Notes: a model not told the origin generated them from the letters alone. Numbered from the stretch's first letter, positions 37,353 through 47,120 are shown. The stretch is DNA of 64,000 bases from Candidatus Rokuibacteriota bacterium (GCA_003220265.1 QHRW01000115.1:83395-147394); one strand, 5' to 3'. Made by a program: numbers and translations.

Positions 37353-38339
37353 TCACGGCTCTCGCACCAGGCGTTCCAAGATGCGACGCGCAAGGATCGG
37401 CCCGCGCGTGATGAATCCCGTGAAATATCCCACCGCGCGCGCTCCCGCGCGCAACAGCGCCACGGCCTTGTCGGGTGTGTCCACGCCCCCGGTGGCGATG
37501 ATCTCCACCGCGTCGCCGAAGCGCTTGCGGGTGCGCCGCACGTTCTCGAGCGTGGCGGGAAAGATGTCGGGCCCGCTGAGGCCGCCCGTGCGCTGGGACA
37601 GGCGCGGCTCGTCGATCCGGCGCGTGTTGCCGTAGTTGATCATCCGCACGCCGGCCTCGAGGGCGGCCGGGATAATATCGCGCTCGTTCACCTCGGCGAA
37701 ATCGGGCGAGAGCTTCACGCTGAGCGGCCGCGGCGACAGGCGGCCGAGCGTCTCCAGCACCGCGCGCAGCTCCTGCGGCCGCTCGCTCCACGCGTAGACG
37801 AGCTTGGTGTTGGGCGAGGAGACGTTCATCTCGACCAGGTCGCCCAGCGGCGCCAGCGCCTGCACGAGCGTGACGTAGTCCTGGACCGACTCGCCCGCCA
37901 CGCTGACGATGAGCGGCACGCGGTGCGCCAGCCCGGCCAGCGAGGCGCGGAAGGCTGTCAGCCCGGGATTCTGGAAGCCGTTGCAGTTGACGAGCCCCGG
38001 GCCCGCCGCCGAGCGCGTGCGCACGAGGTTCGGCTGGGGATGGCCGGGCCGCGGGTTCACCGTGATCGACTTCGCCGTCACCGCGCCGAAGCCCAGGCCC
38101 ATCGCGCGCCGCAGGATCGTCGGATCGTAGTACTGGGCTGCCAGGATCAGCGGATTGGGCAACCGCACACCGCCCAGGGTCGTGGCCAGCCGGGGATCCT
38201 CCAGGCGGAAGGCGCCGAGCCGGTCGAGCGGGAGCAGCTTGAGTGCCCCCTGGCCGAGGGCGATCGCCGTGGGCTCGGGAACCCGGCACAGCACGCCATC
38301 GTAGAGCAGTCGATAGAGCGCGGCGAGGGCGCGGGTCAT
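37353..38339 (-). CDS. pyrD: dihydroorotate dehydrogenase (class 2-like) or paralog
   Basis: Met at 38339 inside ORF 37353..38570(-). NCNGFQNPG, a catalytic-Ser-type NVSSPNT, GGLSG and ATGGV motifs. Confidence 0.65.
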   Translation of the reverse strand: MTRALAALYRLLYDGVLCRVPEPTAIALGQGALKLLPLDRLGAFRLEDPRLATTLGGVRLPNPLILAAQYYDPTILRRAMGLGFGAVTAKSITVNPRPGHPQPNLVRTRSAAGPGLVNCNGFQNPGLTAFRASLAGLAHRVPLIVSVAGESVQDYVTLVQALAPLGDLVEMNVSSPNTKLVYAWSERPQELRAVLETLGRLSPRPLSVKLSPDFAEVNERDIIPAALEAGVRMINYGNTRRIDEPRLSQRTGGLSGPDIFPATLENVRRTRKRFGDAVEIIATGGVDTPDKAVALLRAGARAVGYFTGFITRGPILARRILERLVREP

Positions 38340-38412
38340 CGGAGGGCGAAATGGAGGATAGCATGGGCCTGCGGTCTTGACCTGCGACGGCCGGTTCTTT
38401 ACGGTAGCCAGG

Positions 38413-39183
38413 ATGAGTCGCTGGCTGGCGCTCGGCGTGGCGCTCCTGCTCTCGGCGTGCGCCTCGGTCGCCCCGGCCCCCTCGGCGGTCCGGCCCGACT
38501 TCGCCGGCGTCGCCGGCTTCACCTTCACCACCGACACCTTCGCCTTTCCCAACGAGATCCGCGCCCGCAATCCCGACCGCGAGGATCTCTACGCCAACTA
38601 CTGCTTCGTCCTCGCGCGCGGGCTGCGGCAGTTCTTCCGCTTCGCGCGCTTCGATCCGGCGGCACCGCGCCTGGCGCCCGAAGCCTACGTCGAGCGCGTG
38701 CGGGCGGTGGCCGCGCACGCGCCGTGGGAGCCGCCGGCGCCGCCCGAGGCGCGCATCGTCATCCCGGGCTACGCGAACCTGCGCGACTTCTCGCGCGCCC
38801 AGGAGGCCGCCGTCAAGGAAGGCCTGGGGGGCCGCTTCTGGACGCTCGTGCACTGGACCAACTGGCGCGTGACCTTTCCCGTCACACGCGGCCATCAGGC
38901 CACGGTCGCCCGCGAAGTGATGGACGAGCTCGACGCCGGCCGCATGGTGCAGCTCCTCGTCACCAACTGGCCCAAGCCCGAGCTGAACCACACGGTCGTC
39001 GCCTTCGCTTATCGGCCCGGGGCCGACGGCGTGGAGTTCCTGGTGTGGGACCCGAACGATCCCGGCGAACCGGGCGTTATGACCTTTGATGCCGGCGCCA
39101 GCCGCTTCCGCGCGACGCACCTCTACGACACGGAGCCCGGCCTGATCCGGGCCTTCCGGATGTACTACTCGTGGCTGCTCTGA
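38413..39183 (+). CDS. hypothetical lipoprotein, first gene of the lipid cluster operon
   Basis: Signal peptide MSRWLALGVALLLSAC (lipobox). Overlaps the acyltransferase start by 13 nt. Confidence 0.65.
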   Translation: MSRWLALGVALLLSACASVAPAPSAVRPDFAGVAGFTFTTDTFAFPNEIRARNPDREDLYANYCFVLARGLRQFFRFARFDPAAPRLAPEAYVERVRAVAAHAPWEPPAPPEARIVIPGYANLRDFSRAQEAAVKEGLGGRFWTLVHWTNWRVTFPVTRGHQATVAREVMDELDAGRMVQLLVTNWPKPELNHTVVAFAYRPGADGVEFLVWDPNDPGEPGVMTFDAGASRFRATHLYDTEPGLIRAFRMYYSWLL

Positions 39184-40097
39184 GCGCCCCGCCGGCCGGG
39201 GCCGCCGCACCGGCGCCGCGCTGGTACACGCATCGCCTCAACCGTCCGGCGTTCTATCGCGCCGGCGCCGTGCTCGCGGGCGCGTTGCCGCGCCCCGTGC
39301 GCCTGGCGCTGGCCCGCGGGCTCGCGCGGCGCGCGGCCGAGTGGTTCCCCGCCGAGCGCGCTCGCGTGCGCGCCAACCTCGCGCGCGTCCGGCCGCTCGC
39401 GAGCCCGGCCGAGGGCGAGCGGCTGGTGGACGAGGTCTTCCGCCACTTCGCGATCTGCTTCGCGGATCTCATCAGCACCAATCGCCGCGAGGCGCGGCCG
39501 GACCGGCTGGTGGCGCGCATCGAGGGCGACGAGCACTTGATGGCCGCCGATGCCGAGGGCCGCGGCCTCGTGCTCGTCACCGCGCACTACGGCAACTGGG
39601 AGCTGGGCGGCCGTCTGCTCGCCACGCGGCTGCGCCGGCCCACGCACGTGGTCGTCGCCGCCGAGGCCGATCCCGGCGTGGAGCGCTTTCTGCGCGGCGG
39701 GCCGGCGCCCGTGCGCTTCGTGCGGCGCAGCGATCCCACGGCCATGGTGCCGCTGGTCGCCGCCCTGCGCCGCCACGAGGTCGTGGCCCTCCAGGGGGAT
39801 CGCGCGCTCGGCACGCGCGGCGATGCCCTCGTCGAGTTCTTCGGGGCGCCGGCGCCGTTTCCGCTCGGCCCCTTCGTGCTGGCCCGCGCGGCCGGCGCGC
39901 CCGTCGTGCCCGCCTTCTGCCTGCTCGACCGCGACCTGCGCTACACGGTGGCCATGGCGGCGCCGATTCACGTGAAGGCGGGCGAGGAGACGGCCGCGCT
40001 CGCGACGTGGGTCGGCGTGCTGGAGGCGATGGTGCAGCGCGCGCCCGAGCAGTGGTTCAACTTCTTCGATGTGTGGAGCGCGGCCTCTGCGTCCTGA
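39171..40097 (+). CDS. LpxL/HtrB-type lysophospholipid (lipid A-like) acyltransferase
   Basis: VLVTAHYGNWELGG (HX4E/D acyltransferase motif). Length and layout match the lauroyl/myristoyl acyltransferase family. Confidence 0.8.
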   Translation: MAALSAPPAGAAAPAPRWYTHRLNRPAFYRAGAVLAGALPRPVRLALARGLARRAAEWFPAERARVRANLARVRPLASPAEGERLVDEVFRHFAICFADLISTNRREARPDRLVARIEGDEHLMAADAEGRGLVLVTAHYGNWELGGRLLATRLRRPTHVVVAAEADPGVERFLRGGPAPVRFVRRSDPTAMVPLVAALRRHEVVALQGDRALGTRGDALVEFFGAPAPFPLGPFVLARAAGAPVVPAFCLLDRDLRYTVAMAAPIHVKAGEETAALATWVGVLEAMVQRAPEQWFNFFDVWSAASAS

Positions 40098-41247
40098 GCC
40101 CGTCTCGGTCCTCGCCGCCGGCGTCGTCACGCCGATCGGTCCCGACCTGGACGCGTTCTGGTCCGGTCTGCTCGGCGGCGCCGACGCGCTGACCGCCATC
40201 GAGCGCTTTCCCACCGACGACCTGCGCGTCGGGCGCGGCGGTGAGATCAAGAAGATCCCCGCGGTGGCGGCCGGGATCCGCTCGCGCGCGGCCGCGCTGC
40301 TGATCGCCGCCGGCGCCGATCTCCGCGGCCGGGCGCGCCTGGGTGCCGCCCCGGCGCGCATCGCCGTCGTCGTGGGCACCGCCCTCGGCGGTGTCGAGGA
40401 GCTCGAGCACGCGCTCGACCACGATCCCACGCCGCGGCGCGCCTTCGACGCGCTCTACGACGCGCCCGGGCACGCGCTGGCCGACTGGCTCGGCGCGCGC
40501 GGCCCCGTGCTGACGGTGTCCGCGGCGTGCGCCTCCGGCGCTACGGCGCTCGGCGTCGGCGCCGACCTGCTGCGCGAGGGCGCCGCCGATCTCGTCGTCG
40601 CCGGCGGCTACGACGTCCTCTGCCGCTTCGTGCTGCGGGGCTTCGACGCCCTGCGCTCGCTCACGCGCGAGCGCGTCCGCCCCTTCGACCGCCGGCGCAG
40701 CGGCCTGCTGCTCGGGGAGGCCGCCGGCCTCGTGCTGCTCGCGCGCGAGCGTGACGTGCGCGGGCCGCGCCTGGGCCGCCTGCTGGGCCACGGCAGCGCC
40801 AGCGACGCCTCCCACGTGGCGGCTCCGGATCCCAACGGGCGCGGGCTCGAGGCGGCGATCCGCGCGGCGCTGGCCGCCGCCGACGTCGCGCCCGGCGATC
40901 TCGACTTCGTCAGCGCGCACGGCACCGGGACGCCGCTCAACGACCGGATCGAGACGGCCGTCCTCCGCCGGGTGCTCGGCGCGCGGGCGGAGGCGATTCC
41001 GGTGAACTCGATCAAGGGCGCGCTCGGGCACACGATGGGCGCCGCCGCCGCGCTGGAGGCGATCATGTGCCTGCTGGCGGCGCGCGAAGGGCTCATCCCG
41101 CCCACGGCGGGCTTCGAGGAGCCGGACCCGTCCTGCGGGCTCGACTACGTCCCGGGCACCTGCCGCGCCGTCCGGCCCCGCCTGATGCTGAGCACCTCCC
41201 TCGGCTTCGGGGGCTGCAACGCGGCGCTCGTCCTGGAGCGTGCCTGA
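40069..41247 (+). CDS. beta-ketoacyl-ACP synthase (active Cys-His-His)
   Basis: SAACASGATA (Cys), SAHGTGTPLND (His) and GALGHTMGAAAALE (His). Confidence 0.85.
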   Translation: MCGARPLRPEPVSVLAAGVVTPIGPDLDAFWSGLLGGADALTAIERFPTDDLRVGRGGEIKKIPAVAAGIRSRAAALLIAAGADLRGRARLGAAPARIAVVVGTALGGVEELEHALDHDPTPRRAFDALYDAPGHALADWLGARGPVLTVSAACASGATALGVGADLLREGAADLVVAGGYDVLCRFVLRGFDALRSLTRERVRPFDRRRSGLLLGEAAGLVLLARERDVRGPRLGRLLGHGSASDASHVAAPDPNGRGLEAAIRAALAAADVAPGDLDFVSAHGTGTPLNDRIETAVLRRVLGARAEAIPVNSIKGALGHTMGAAAALEAIMCLLAAREGLIPPTAGFEEPDPSCGLDYVPGTCRAVRPRLMLSTSLGFGGCNAALVLERA

Positions 41248-41250
41248 ACC

Positions 41251-42054
41251 TTGGGCGCCCGGGTGGCCGGCGTGGGAATATTGACGGGTTGGGGCGAGGG
41301 CCCCGCGGCCTTGCCGGCCGAGGCGCGCACCGCGGCGGCCGGCCGCGCGGTGCTGCCGATCGACCGGCCGGCGCTGGACGGCGAGCGATTTCGCCGGGCC
41401 ACGCGCGAGTGCCTGCTGGGCGTGGCCGCGGTGCAGGCCATGCTGGCCGACGCCGGGCTGGACCGCGCGGCGATCCGCGGCGAGCGGACGGCGCTGCTGT
41501 TCGTGACCGCGGCGGCCTACGGCGCCTCCAATGCCGAGTTCCTGGCGGGGCGGGCGGGGACGCTGCACTTCCCGTACACGGCGCCCAGCGCGCTCTCGGG
41601 CGAGGTCGCGATCGAGTTCGGTCTGACGGGCGCCTATGTCATTCTGATTGGCGGCGCCCCGGCCACGATCGACGCGCTCTGGCAGGCGAGTCGGCTGCTG
41701 GCCGAGGGACGGTGCGACCGCGCGCTGGTCCTGGTCGTCGAGACCTTCGAGGAATGCGAGGCGCTCTGGCGCCGCGCGCGCTGGACGCTGCCGCTGCCGC
41801 TGGTCGAGACGGCCGCCTGCGCGCTGCTGGCCCAGTCTGACGGCGCGCCCGCGGCCTATCGCGCGGCCGCCGCGCCGGCAGCGCTCGAGACCGCGGCGGA
41901 GACCCGCGCGGGGCGGACGCTGGCGGGCGCGCCGCTGATCGCGCTGGGGCTGGCGCGCGCCGCGGGCGAGAGCGTGGCGCGCGTCACCGGTACCTGGCGC
42001 GGACGCACGGCGGGGATCGACCTGGCCGTGGCACGCGAGGCGGCGCGAGTCTGA
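41251..42054 (+). CDS. short KS-like protein lacking the active-site Cys (chain-length-factor-like)
   Basis: 267 aa. GGAPATIDA occupies the position of the KS Cys motif, and there is no HGTGT/GH pair. TTG start (GTG 41263 is the alternative). Confidence 0.65.
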   Translation: MGARVAGVGILTGWGEGPAALPAEARTAAAGRAVLPIDRPALDGERFRRATRECLLGVAAVQAMLADAGLDRAAIRGERTALLFVTAAAYGASNAEFLAGRAGTLHFPYTAPSALSGEVAIEFGLTGAYVILIGGAPATIDALWQASRLLAEGRCDRALVLVVETFEECEALWRRARWTLPLPLVETAACALLAQSDGAPAAYRAAAAPAALETAAETRAGRTLAGAPLIALGLARAAGESVARVTGTWRGRTAGIDLAVAREAARV

Positions 42055-42073
42055 GGCGACGGGCAGGAGGATC

Positions 42074-42349
42074 ATGGAAGCCAAGGAAGTCATCGACGAG
42101 CTGAAGACGATCCTGGTGGCGCGGCTGAAGTTCGATCCGCGCCGCGCCGCCGAGGTCGCCGAGACGACGCCGCTGCCGAAGGGCGTCGAGGGCTCCATCG
42201 GTCTGGACTCGCTGGACTTCATCGAGCTGTCCATCGCCATCGAGGAGAAGTTCGACGTGGTCATGGACGAGTCGGAGGACCTGAGCGCGCACTTTGCCTC
42301 GTTCGACACGCTCTCGCGCTTCATCGTGGGCCGGCGCGGCCCCGCATGA
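42074..42349 (+). CDS. acyl carrier protein
   Basis: RBS GGCAGGAGG. Phosphopantetheine Ser in GLDSLDFIEL. Confidence 0.85.
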   Translation: MEAKEVIDELKTILVARLKFDPRRAAEVAETTPLPKGVEGSIGLDSLDFIELSIAIEEKFDVVMDESEDLSAHFASFDTLSRFIVGRRGPA

Positions 42350-43530
42350 GGCGCGTCGTCGTCACGGGCCTCGGCGCCGTCACCCCGTTCGGCGCCGGCA
42401 TCAAGCCCTACTGGGCCGGCCTTGCGGGCGGTGCCTGCGCCATCCGGCCGCTCACGCTGATCGACGCCGGCGGCTTTCGCTGTCGCATCGCCGCCGAGGT
42501 GCCGGGGGCCACCGGTGGCTCGCCGCGCCGCTCGCGCGCCGACCGTCTGGCGCTCGGCGCCGCGCTGGAGGCGCTCGAGGACGCCGGGCTCACCGCGGCC
42601 GACCGCGCGGACACCGCGCTCGTCACCGGCGCCGTCGGCGGCGGCATGCTCGAAGCCGAGGCGTGGTACTGGGCGCGCGCGCGGGGCGAGCGGCCGCCGG
42701 GCTGGGCCGCCGCGCTGCGCGCGATCCTCCCGGGCTCGCACGCCGAGACGCTCGGCCACCGCTTGGGCCTCGGCGGCCCGCGCCACACCGTGGTCACCGC
42801 GTGCTCGTCGGGCGCGGTCGCGCTGGCCGAGGCCGCCGATCTCATCGCCGACGGCGTGGTCGACGTCGCCCTCGCGGGCGGCGTGGATGCCATGACGCGG
42901 ATGTGCTTCATGGGCTTCAACGCGCTCAAGCTGCTCGATCCCGAGCCCTGCCGTCCCTTCGATCGCGACCGCCGCGGCATGTCGATCGGCGAGGGCGCGG
43001 CCTTCGTCGTGCTGGAGACCGCCGAGCGCGCCCGCGCGCGCGGGGTGCGCGTCTACGCCGAGCTGGCCGGCCACGGGATGACGACCGACGCCTTCCACGT
43101 CACGGCGCCGGAGCCGGAGGGCGACGGCATGGTGCGCGCGATGCGCGCCGCGCTGGCCGCGGCCGGCGAGAGCGCGGCGGCCGTGGGCTACGTCAACGCA
43201 CACGGCACGGCGACGTCGCAGAACGATCGTATCGAGGCGCGGGCCATCGCGCGCGTGTTCGGCGAGGGCCGGCTGCTCGTCAGCTCGATCAAGTCGATGA
43301 TCGGCCACACGATGGCGGCGGCCGGCGGGCTGGAAGCCGTGGCGACCATCCTCACGCTGACCGAGGCGCTCATCCCGCCGACGGCGACGCTGGTGACGCC
43401 CGACCCCGAGGTGGCCTTCGACTGCGTCCCCGGCGTGGCGCGCGAGGCGGCGGTCGAGTGCGCCATCTCCAACTCCTTCGGCTTCGGCGGACAGAACGTC
43501 ACGCTCCTCTTCAGGCACGCCGCCTCGTGA
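42346..43530 (+). CDS. beta-ketoacyl-ACP synthase II-like (active Cys-His-His)
   Basis: VTACSSGAVA, NAHGTATSQND, IGHTMAAAGGLE and a C-terminal SNSFGFGGQN. Confidence 0.9.
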   Translation: MRRVVVTGLGAVTPFGAGIKPYWAGLAGGACAIRPLTLIDAGGFRCRIAAEVPGATGGSPRRSRADRLALGAALEALEDAGLTAADRADTALVTGAVGGGMLEAEAWYWARARGERPPGWAAALRAILPGSHAETLGHRLGLGGPRHTVVTACSSGAVALAEAADLIADGVVDVALAGGVDAMTRMCFMGFNALKLLDPEPCRPFDRDRRGMSIGEGAAFVVLETAERARARGVRVYAELAGHGMTTDAFHVTAPEPEGDGMVRAMRAALAAAGESAAAVGYVNAHGTATSQNDRIEARAIARVFGEGRLLVSSIKSMIGHTMAAAGGLEAVATILTLTEALIPPTATLVTPDPEVAFDCVPGVAREAAVECAISNSFGFGGQNVTLLFRHAAS

Positions 43531-44609
43531 TGGACCGGCGGGCCGTCGTCGTCACGGGCGTGGGCGTGGTGAACTCCGTCGTCGTGGGTGCCTCGCCGGC
43601 GCTGGGCGCGTGGCTGGCGCAGCCGCGCGCCGCGGCGCGCGTGGCGGTGGGCCACGGGCGGCCGGCCGCGCGGCTGCCGGAGGCGACGCTGGCCGGCCTC
43701 GTCGATCCCGCCGAGGGCCGGCGGCTCTCGCGCGTGTGCCAGCTCACCATCGCCGCCGCGCGGCTGGCGGTGGCGGAGTCCGGGGTCGATCCCGCGTGCG
43801 GCCTCGGGCTCGTCGTGGGCACCGAGCTTGGCGATTTCACCTCCACCATCGCGTTCGCCGACGGGTATCTCGCGCGCGGCGCCGCCGGGCTCTCGGCGCT
43901 GCTGTTCCCCAACACGGTGATGAACACCATGGCGGCGACGACCGCCATCGCCGTGGCCGCCCGCGAGCTGGCGCTGACGCTCAACGTGCCGACCGTGGCC
44001 GGCGAGCTGGCCGTCGCGCGTGGCTTCGCCGCGGTGGCGAGCGGGCGCGTGGACGCCGTGCTGGCCGGAGGCGTGGACGAGCTGGATCCGCTGGTGGCCG
44101 AGATGCTCGACGCCCTCGGCGACGACGCCGTGCGGGGCGAGGGGGCGACGTTTCTCGTGCTCGAGGCCGAGGCCGTCGCGCGCGCGCGTGGCGCCGCAGT
44201 GCTCGGCCGTATTGACGGCGCGGCGTGGCGCTCGCTGGCAGCGCGGCCGTGGGGCGTGGGGCGGCGCGCGGAGTCGCGGGCCATCGACGAGGCGCGCCGG
44301 CGTGCCGGCGGGCGCGTGCCGGGCTTCGTGTATGCCTCGGCGAGCGGCGACGCCGAGCGTGACGGCTGGGAGTCGCGCGTGCTGGCGGCGGCGCTCGGTG
44401 ACGTCCCGCCCGCGGCGTCGCTCGGCGCGCTGCTCGGGCAGCACGGCGGGCTCGGCGCCCTGCGCGTCGCGGCGGCCGCGTGGACCGCGCGCTCGGGCCT
44501 GCTGCCGGACGACGCGGGCGGTCCCCCGGCGCGTGTGAGCGGGCCGGGCCTCGTGCACGGCCTCGCGCGCGGCGGCGGCCACGTCGCCTTGATGGTGAGC
44601 GCGGCATGA
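43530..44609 (+). CDS. KS-like protein without catalytic triad (second CLF-like partner)
   Basis: 359 aa. PTVAGELAV replaces the Cys motif, ASASGDAERD replaces HGTGT, and LGQHGGLGAL replaces GHT. Its ATG (43530-43532) shares one nt with the upstream TGA stop (43528-43530), GTGATGG. Confidence 0.7.
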   Translation: MDRRAVVVTGVGVVNSVVVGASPALGAWLAQPRAAARVAVGHGRPAARLPEATLAGLVDPAEGRRLSRVCQLTIAAARLAVAESGVDPACGLGLVVGTELGDFTSTIAFADGYLARGAAGLSALLFPNTVMNTMAATTAIAVAARELALTLNVPTVAGELAVARGFAAVASGRVDAVLAGGVDELDPLVAEMLDALGDDAVRGEGATFLVLEAEAVARARGAAVLGRIDGAAWRSLAARPWGVGRRAESRAIDEARRRAGGRVPGFVYASASGDAERDGWESRVLAAALGDVPPAASLGALLGQHGGLGALRVAAAAWTARSGLLPDDAGGPPARVSGPGLVHGLARGGGHVALMVSAA

Positions 44610-45673
44610 GCGTGTTGATCGTCATCCCCGTGCTCGACGAGGCGCACACGGTCGGCCGCGTCGTCGAGGCGGCGCGCGTCTACGGTCCGGTCCTGGTCGT
44701 GGACGACGGCTCGCAGGACGGCAGCGGCGCCGTGGCGACGGCGGCCGGCGCCGAGGTGCTGCGCCATCCGCGCCCGCTCGGCAAGGCGCAGGCGCTCTTC
44801 ACCGGCGTGGCCGCCGCTCGCCGCCGCGGCGTCCGCCGCGTCGTCACGCTCGACGGCGACGGCCAGCACGATCCCGACGCGATTCCTGTGCTGCTCGCCG
44901 CGGCCGCGGCGGCCGAGCGCACGATCGTGGTGGGCAACCGCCTGGACGGGCGGGGCACGCTGCCCCCGATGCGGCGCAACGCCATCCGCATCGCCAGCTT
45001 CTTCGCGGGCTGGACGTGCGGGCGTGCGGTGTCCGACAGCCAGTCGGGCTTCCGCGTCTATCCGCTGGCGCTCTTCGACGAGGTGCGCACGCGCCACGGA
45101 GGCTTCGTGTTCGAGACGGAGATCCTCCTGGCGGCGACCGCGCGCGGCTGGAGGATCGAGGAGGTCGGCGTACCCGCGCTGCCGCGCACCGTGGCGCGCA
45201 GCCACTTCCGTCCCATCCGTGACGGCATTGCCATCGGCTCGTTCCTGGCCGGGCGCGTGCTGGCGCGCTGGGCCGGCGAGGCCCGGGCCGTCGCGGGGGA
45301 GGTGCTTGGCGTCTTCGATCCCGAGCGGATGTCGGCGCGGCACGCCGAGATGCTGGAGGCGGCCTCGCGCTACACGGATTCGCCCGCGCGCTGGAGCGCG
45401 GCCGTCGGCGCCGTGGCGCTCCGGCGGGCGGGCGCGCGCGTCGTCTCCGTGTGCGACGGCGTACGGCGGCGCGGCACGCCGGCGGCGGCGCTCGCCACGC
45501 TGGCCGCACCGCTGACGCTGCCCCTGCTGCTCGTGCAGGCGCTGACGGGAGAGCGCGTGCCCGACGTCGTGACGCCGCTCGTCGAGGCGGTCTACGGCGG
45601 TGGACGCGCCGGGCGCGCGGCCGTCCGGATGGACGTCGACGTGGCCGACACGGTGGCCGAGGGGCACTCGTGA
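44606..45673 (+). CDS. family-2 glycosyltransferase (Dpm1-like) with C-terminal extension
   Basis: VIPVLDE, VVDDGSQDGS and LDGDGQHDP, with a C-terminal ~120-aa hydrophobic/Ala-rich tail. Confidence 0.8.
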   Translation: MSVLIVIPVLDEAHTVGRVVEAARVYGPVLVVDDGSQDGSGAVATAAGAEVLRHPRPLGKAQALFTGVAAARRRGVRRVVTLDGDGQHDPDAIPVLLAAAAAAERTIVVGNRLDGRGTLPPMRRNAIRIASFFAGWTCGRAVSDSQSGFRVYPLALFDEVRTRHGGFVFETEILLAATARGWRIEEVGVPALPRTVARSHFRPIRDGIAIGSFLAGRVLARWAGEARAVAGEVLGVFDPERMSARHAEMLEAASRYTDSPARWSAAVGAVALRRAGARVVSVCDGVRRRGTPAAALATLAAPLTLPLLLVQALTGERVPDVVTPLVEAVYGGGRAGRAAVRMDVDVADTVAEGHS

Positions 45674-46941
45674 CCCCGATGACCTCCGACGTCGCCGTCA
45701 TCGGCGGCGGCCCCGGCGGCTCGAGCGCCGCCACGCACCTGGCGCGCGGCGGGTTGAGCGTGGCGCTGTTCGAGCGCGAGGTGTTTCCGCGCTTCAAGGT
45801 CGGCGAGTCGCTGGTGCCCGCCACGATGCTGATGCTGGAGCGGCTCGGCGTCCTCGAGCGTGTCGAGCGCGGCGGCTACCAGATCAAGTACGGGGCGACC
45901 TTCCACGACCAGGAGACGGGCCTCGGCCACACGTTCTACTTCCTCGAGGGCATGCCGTGGCCCAACTGGACCTACAACGTCCCCCGCGCCGACTTCGACG
46001 CGCTGCTGCTCGATCACTCCCGCAAGCAGGGCGTGGTCGTGCACCAGCCGGCCACCGTGAGCGGGGTGGCCTTCGACGCCGACGGCGTCACGCTGGACGT
46101 GGACAGCGGCGGCGATCGCCTCACGCACCGCGCGCGCTTCCTGGTCGACGCCAGCGGGCGCGACGCGTTCCTGGCCGCGCGCCGCGGCCGCCGCTCGCGC
46201 GTGCCGAATCTCGGCAAGGTGGCGCTCTTCGCCCATTACAAGGGCGGCGCGCGCTTCCCCGGCCGCGAGGAGGGCAACGTCCGCATCTACCTGTTCGAGG
46301 GCGGCTGGTTCTGGTGGATCCCGATGGCGAACGACCTCACCAGCGTGGGCGCGGTCGTCCACGCGCGCGTCGTGCGCGAGCACGCCGGCACGCCGGAGGC
46401 GCTGTTTGCGGAGATGGTGCAGCGCTGCCGCGCGGTGGCCGAGAACCTCGCGGGCGCCCAGCCCGTGACGCCGATCCATCGCGCCGCCAACTTCGCCTAT
46501 ACCAACGCGCCGGTGGTGGGGAGCCGCTTCCTGACCGTGGGCGACGCCATCGCCTTCGTGGACCCGATCTTCTCGAGCGGCGTGTTCATCGCGATGCGCT
46601 CGGGCGAGCTGGCCGCGCAGGCCATCCTGGCCGCGTTCGCCGACGGCCGCTTCACCGCGCGCCGCTTCGCCGCCTACGAGCGGAAGGTCTGGCGCGGCGT
46701 GGCGCCGTTCTTCAAGTTCATCCACAAGTACTACGAGCCGTCCTTCCTCGATCTCTTCCTGCAGCCGCGCGACAAGCTCGGCATGGTGCGCGCCGTCCTC
46801 AACGTCCTCTCCGGCGGCGCTTTCATCCGCATGCCGTGGCGCGTCCGCGCCTCCCTCGCCCTCCTCTTCGGCATCGCCCGCATCAACACCTGGGTCCGCC
46901 GGAGAGCCGGCAAACCCGTCGAGTCGCGACTCGAATGGTAG
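45670..46941 (+). CDS. FAD-dependent halogenase-like oxidoreductase
   Basis: GTGA overlap with the GT2 stop. Dinucleotide motif VIGGGPGGS, FPRFKVGESL, and the WxWxIP-type motif GGWFWWIPM. Confidence 0.75.
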   Translation: MTPMTSDVAVIGGGPGGSSAATHLARGGLSVALFEREVFPRFKVGESLVPATMLMLERLGVLERVERGGYQIKYGATFHDQETGLGHTFYFLEGMPWPNWTYNVPRADFDALLLDHSRKQGVVVHQPATVSGVAFDADGVTLDVDSGGDRLTHRARFLVDASGRDAFLAARRGRRSRVPNLGKVALFAHYKGGARFPGREEGNVRIYLFEGGWFWWIPMANDLTSVGAVVHARVVREHAGTPEALFAEMVQRCRAVAENLAGAQPVTPIHRAANFAYTNAPVVGSRFLTVGDAIAFVDPIFSSGVFIAMRSGELAAQAILAAFADGRFTARRFAAYERKVWRGVAPFFKFIHKYYEPSFLDLFLQPRDKLGMVRAVLNVLSGGAFIRMPWRVRASLALLFGIARINTWVRRRAGKPVESRLEW

Positions 46942-47111
46942 TGCGAGCCGCAGGACGTCGGCCGAGCCGCAGGCGAGGCCCGTGCGAGGCGAGCCTGAGT
47001 AAAGAATGGGAGGCCGCACGCAGCGCCCGTCGCGGGTCGGAACGGGCAGCCGCCGTGCGAGCCGCAGGACGTCGGCCGAGCCGCAGGCGAGGCCCGTGCG
47101 AGGCGAGCCTG
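46941..47111 (+). repeat. 57-bp perfect direct repeat x2 (114-bp period) between halogenase-like gene and ABC permease
   Basis: GTGCGAGCCGCAGGACGTCGGCCGAGCCGCAGGCGAGGCCCGTGCGAGGCGAGCCTG occurs at 46941-46997 and 47055-47111. Each copy is followed by a ...TAAA..GAATGGGA.. block. Confidence 0.85.
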
Positions 47112-47120
47112 TAAACAAGA

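Noticed and set aside
46941-47111. Possible CRISPR-like array from the perfect 57-bp repeats.
   Set aside because: There are only two copies. The repeat is too long, and the 57-bp spacer partly shares sequence with the repeat flanks. No cas genes and no leader are present. It is treated as a local tandem duplication.
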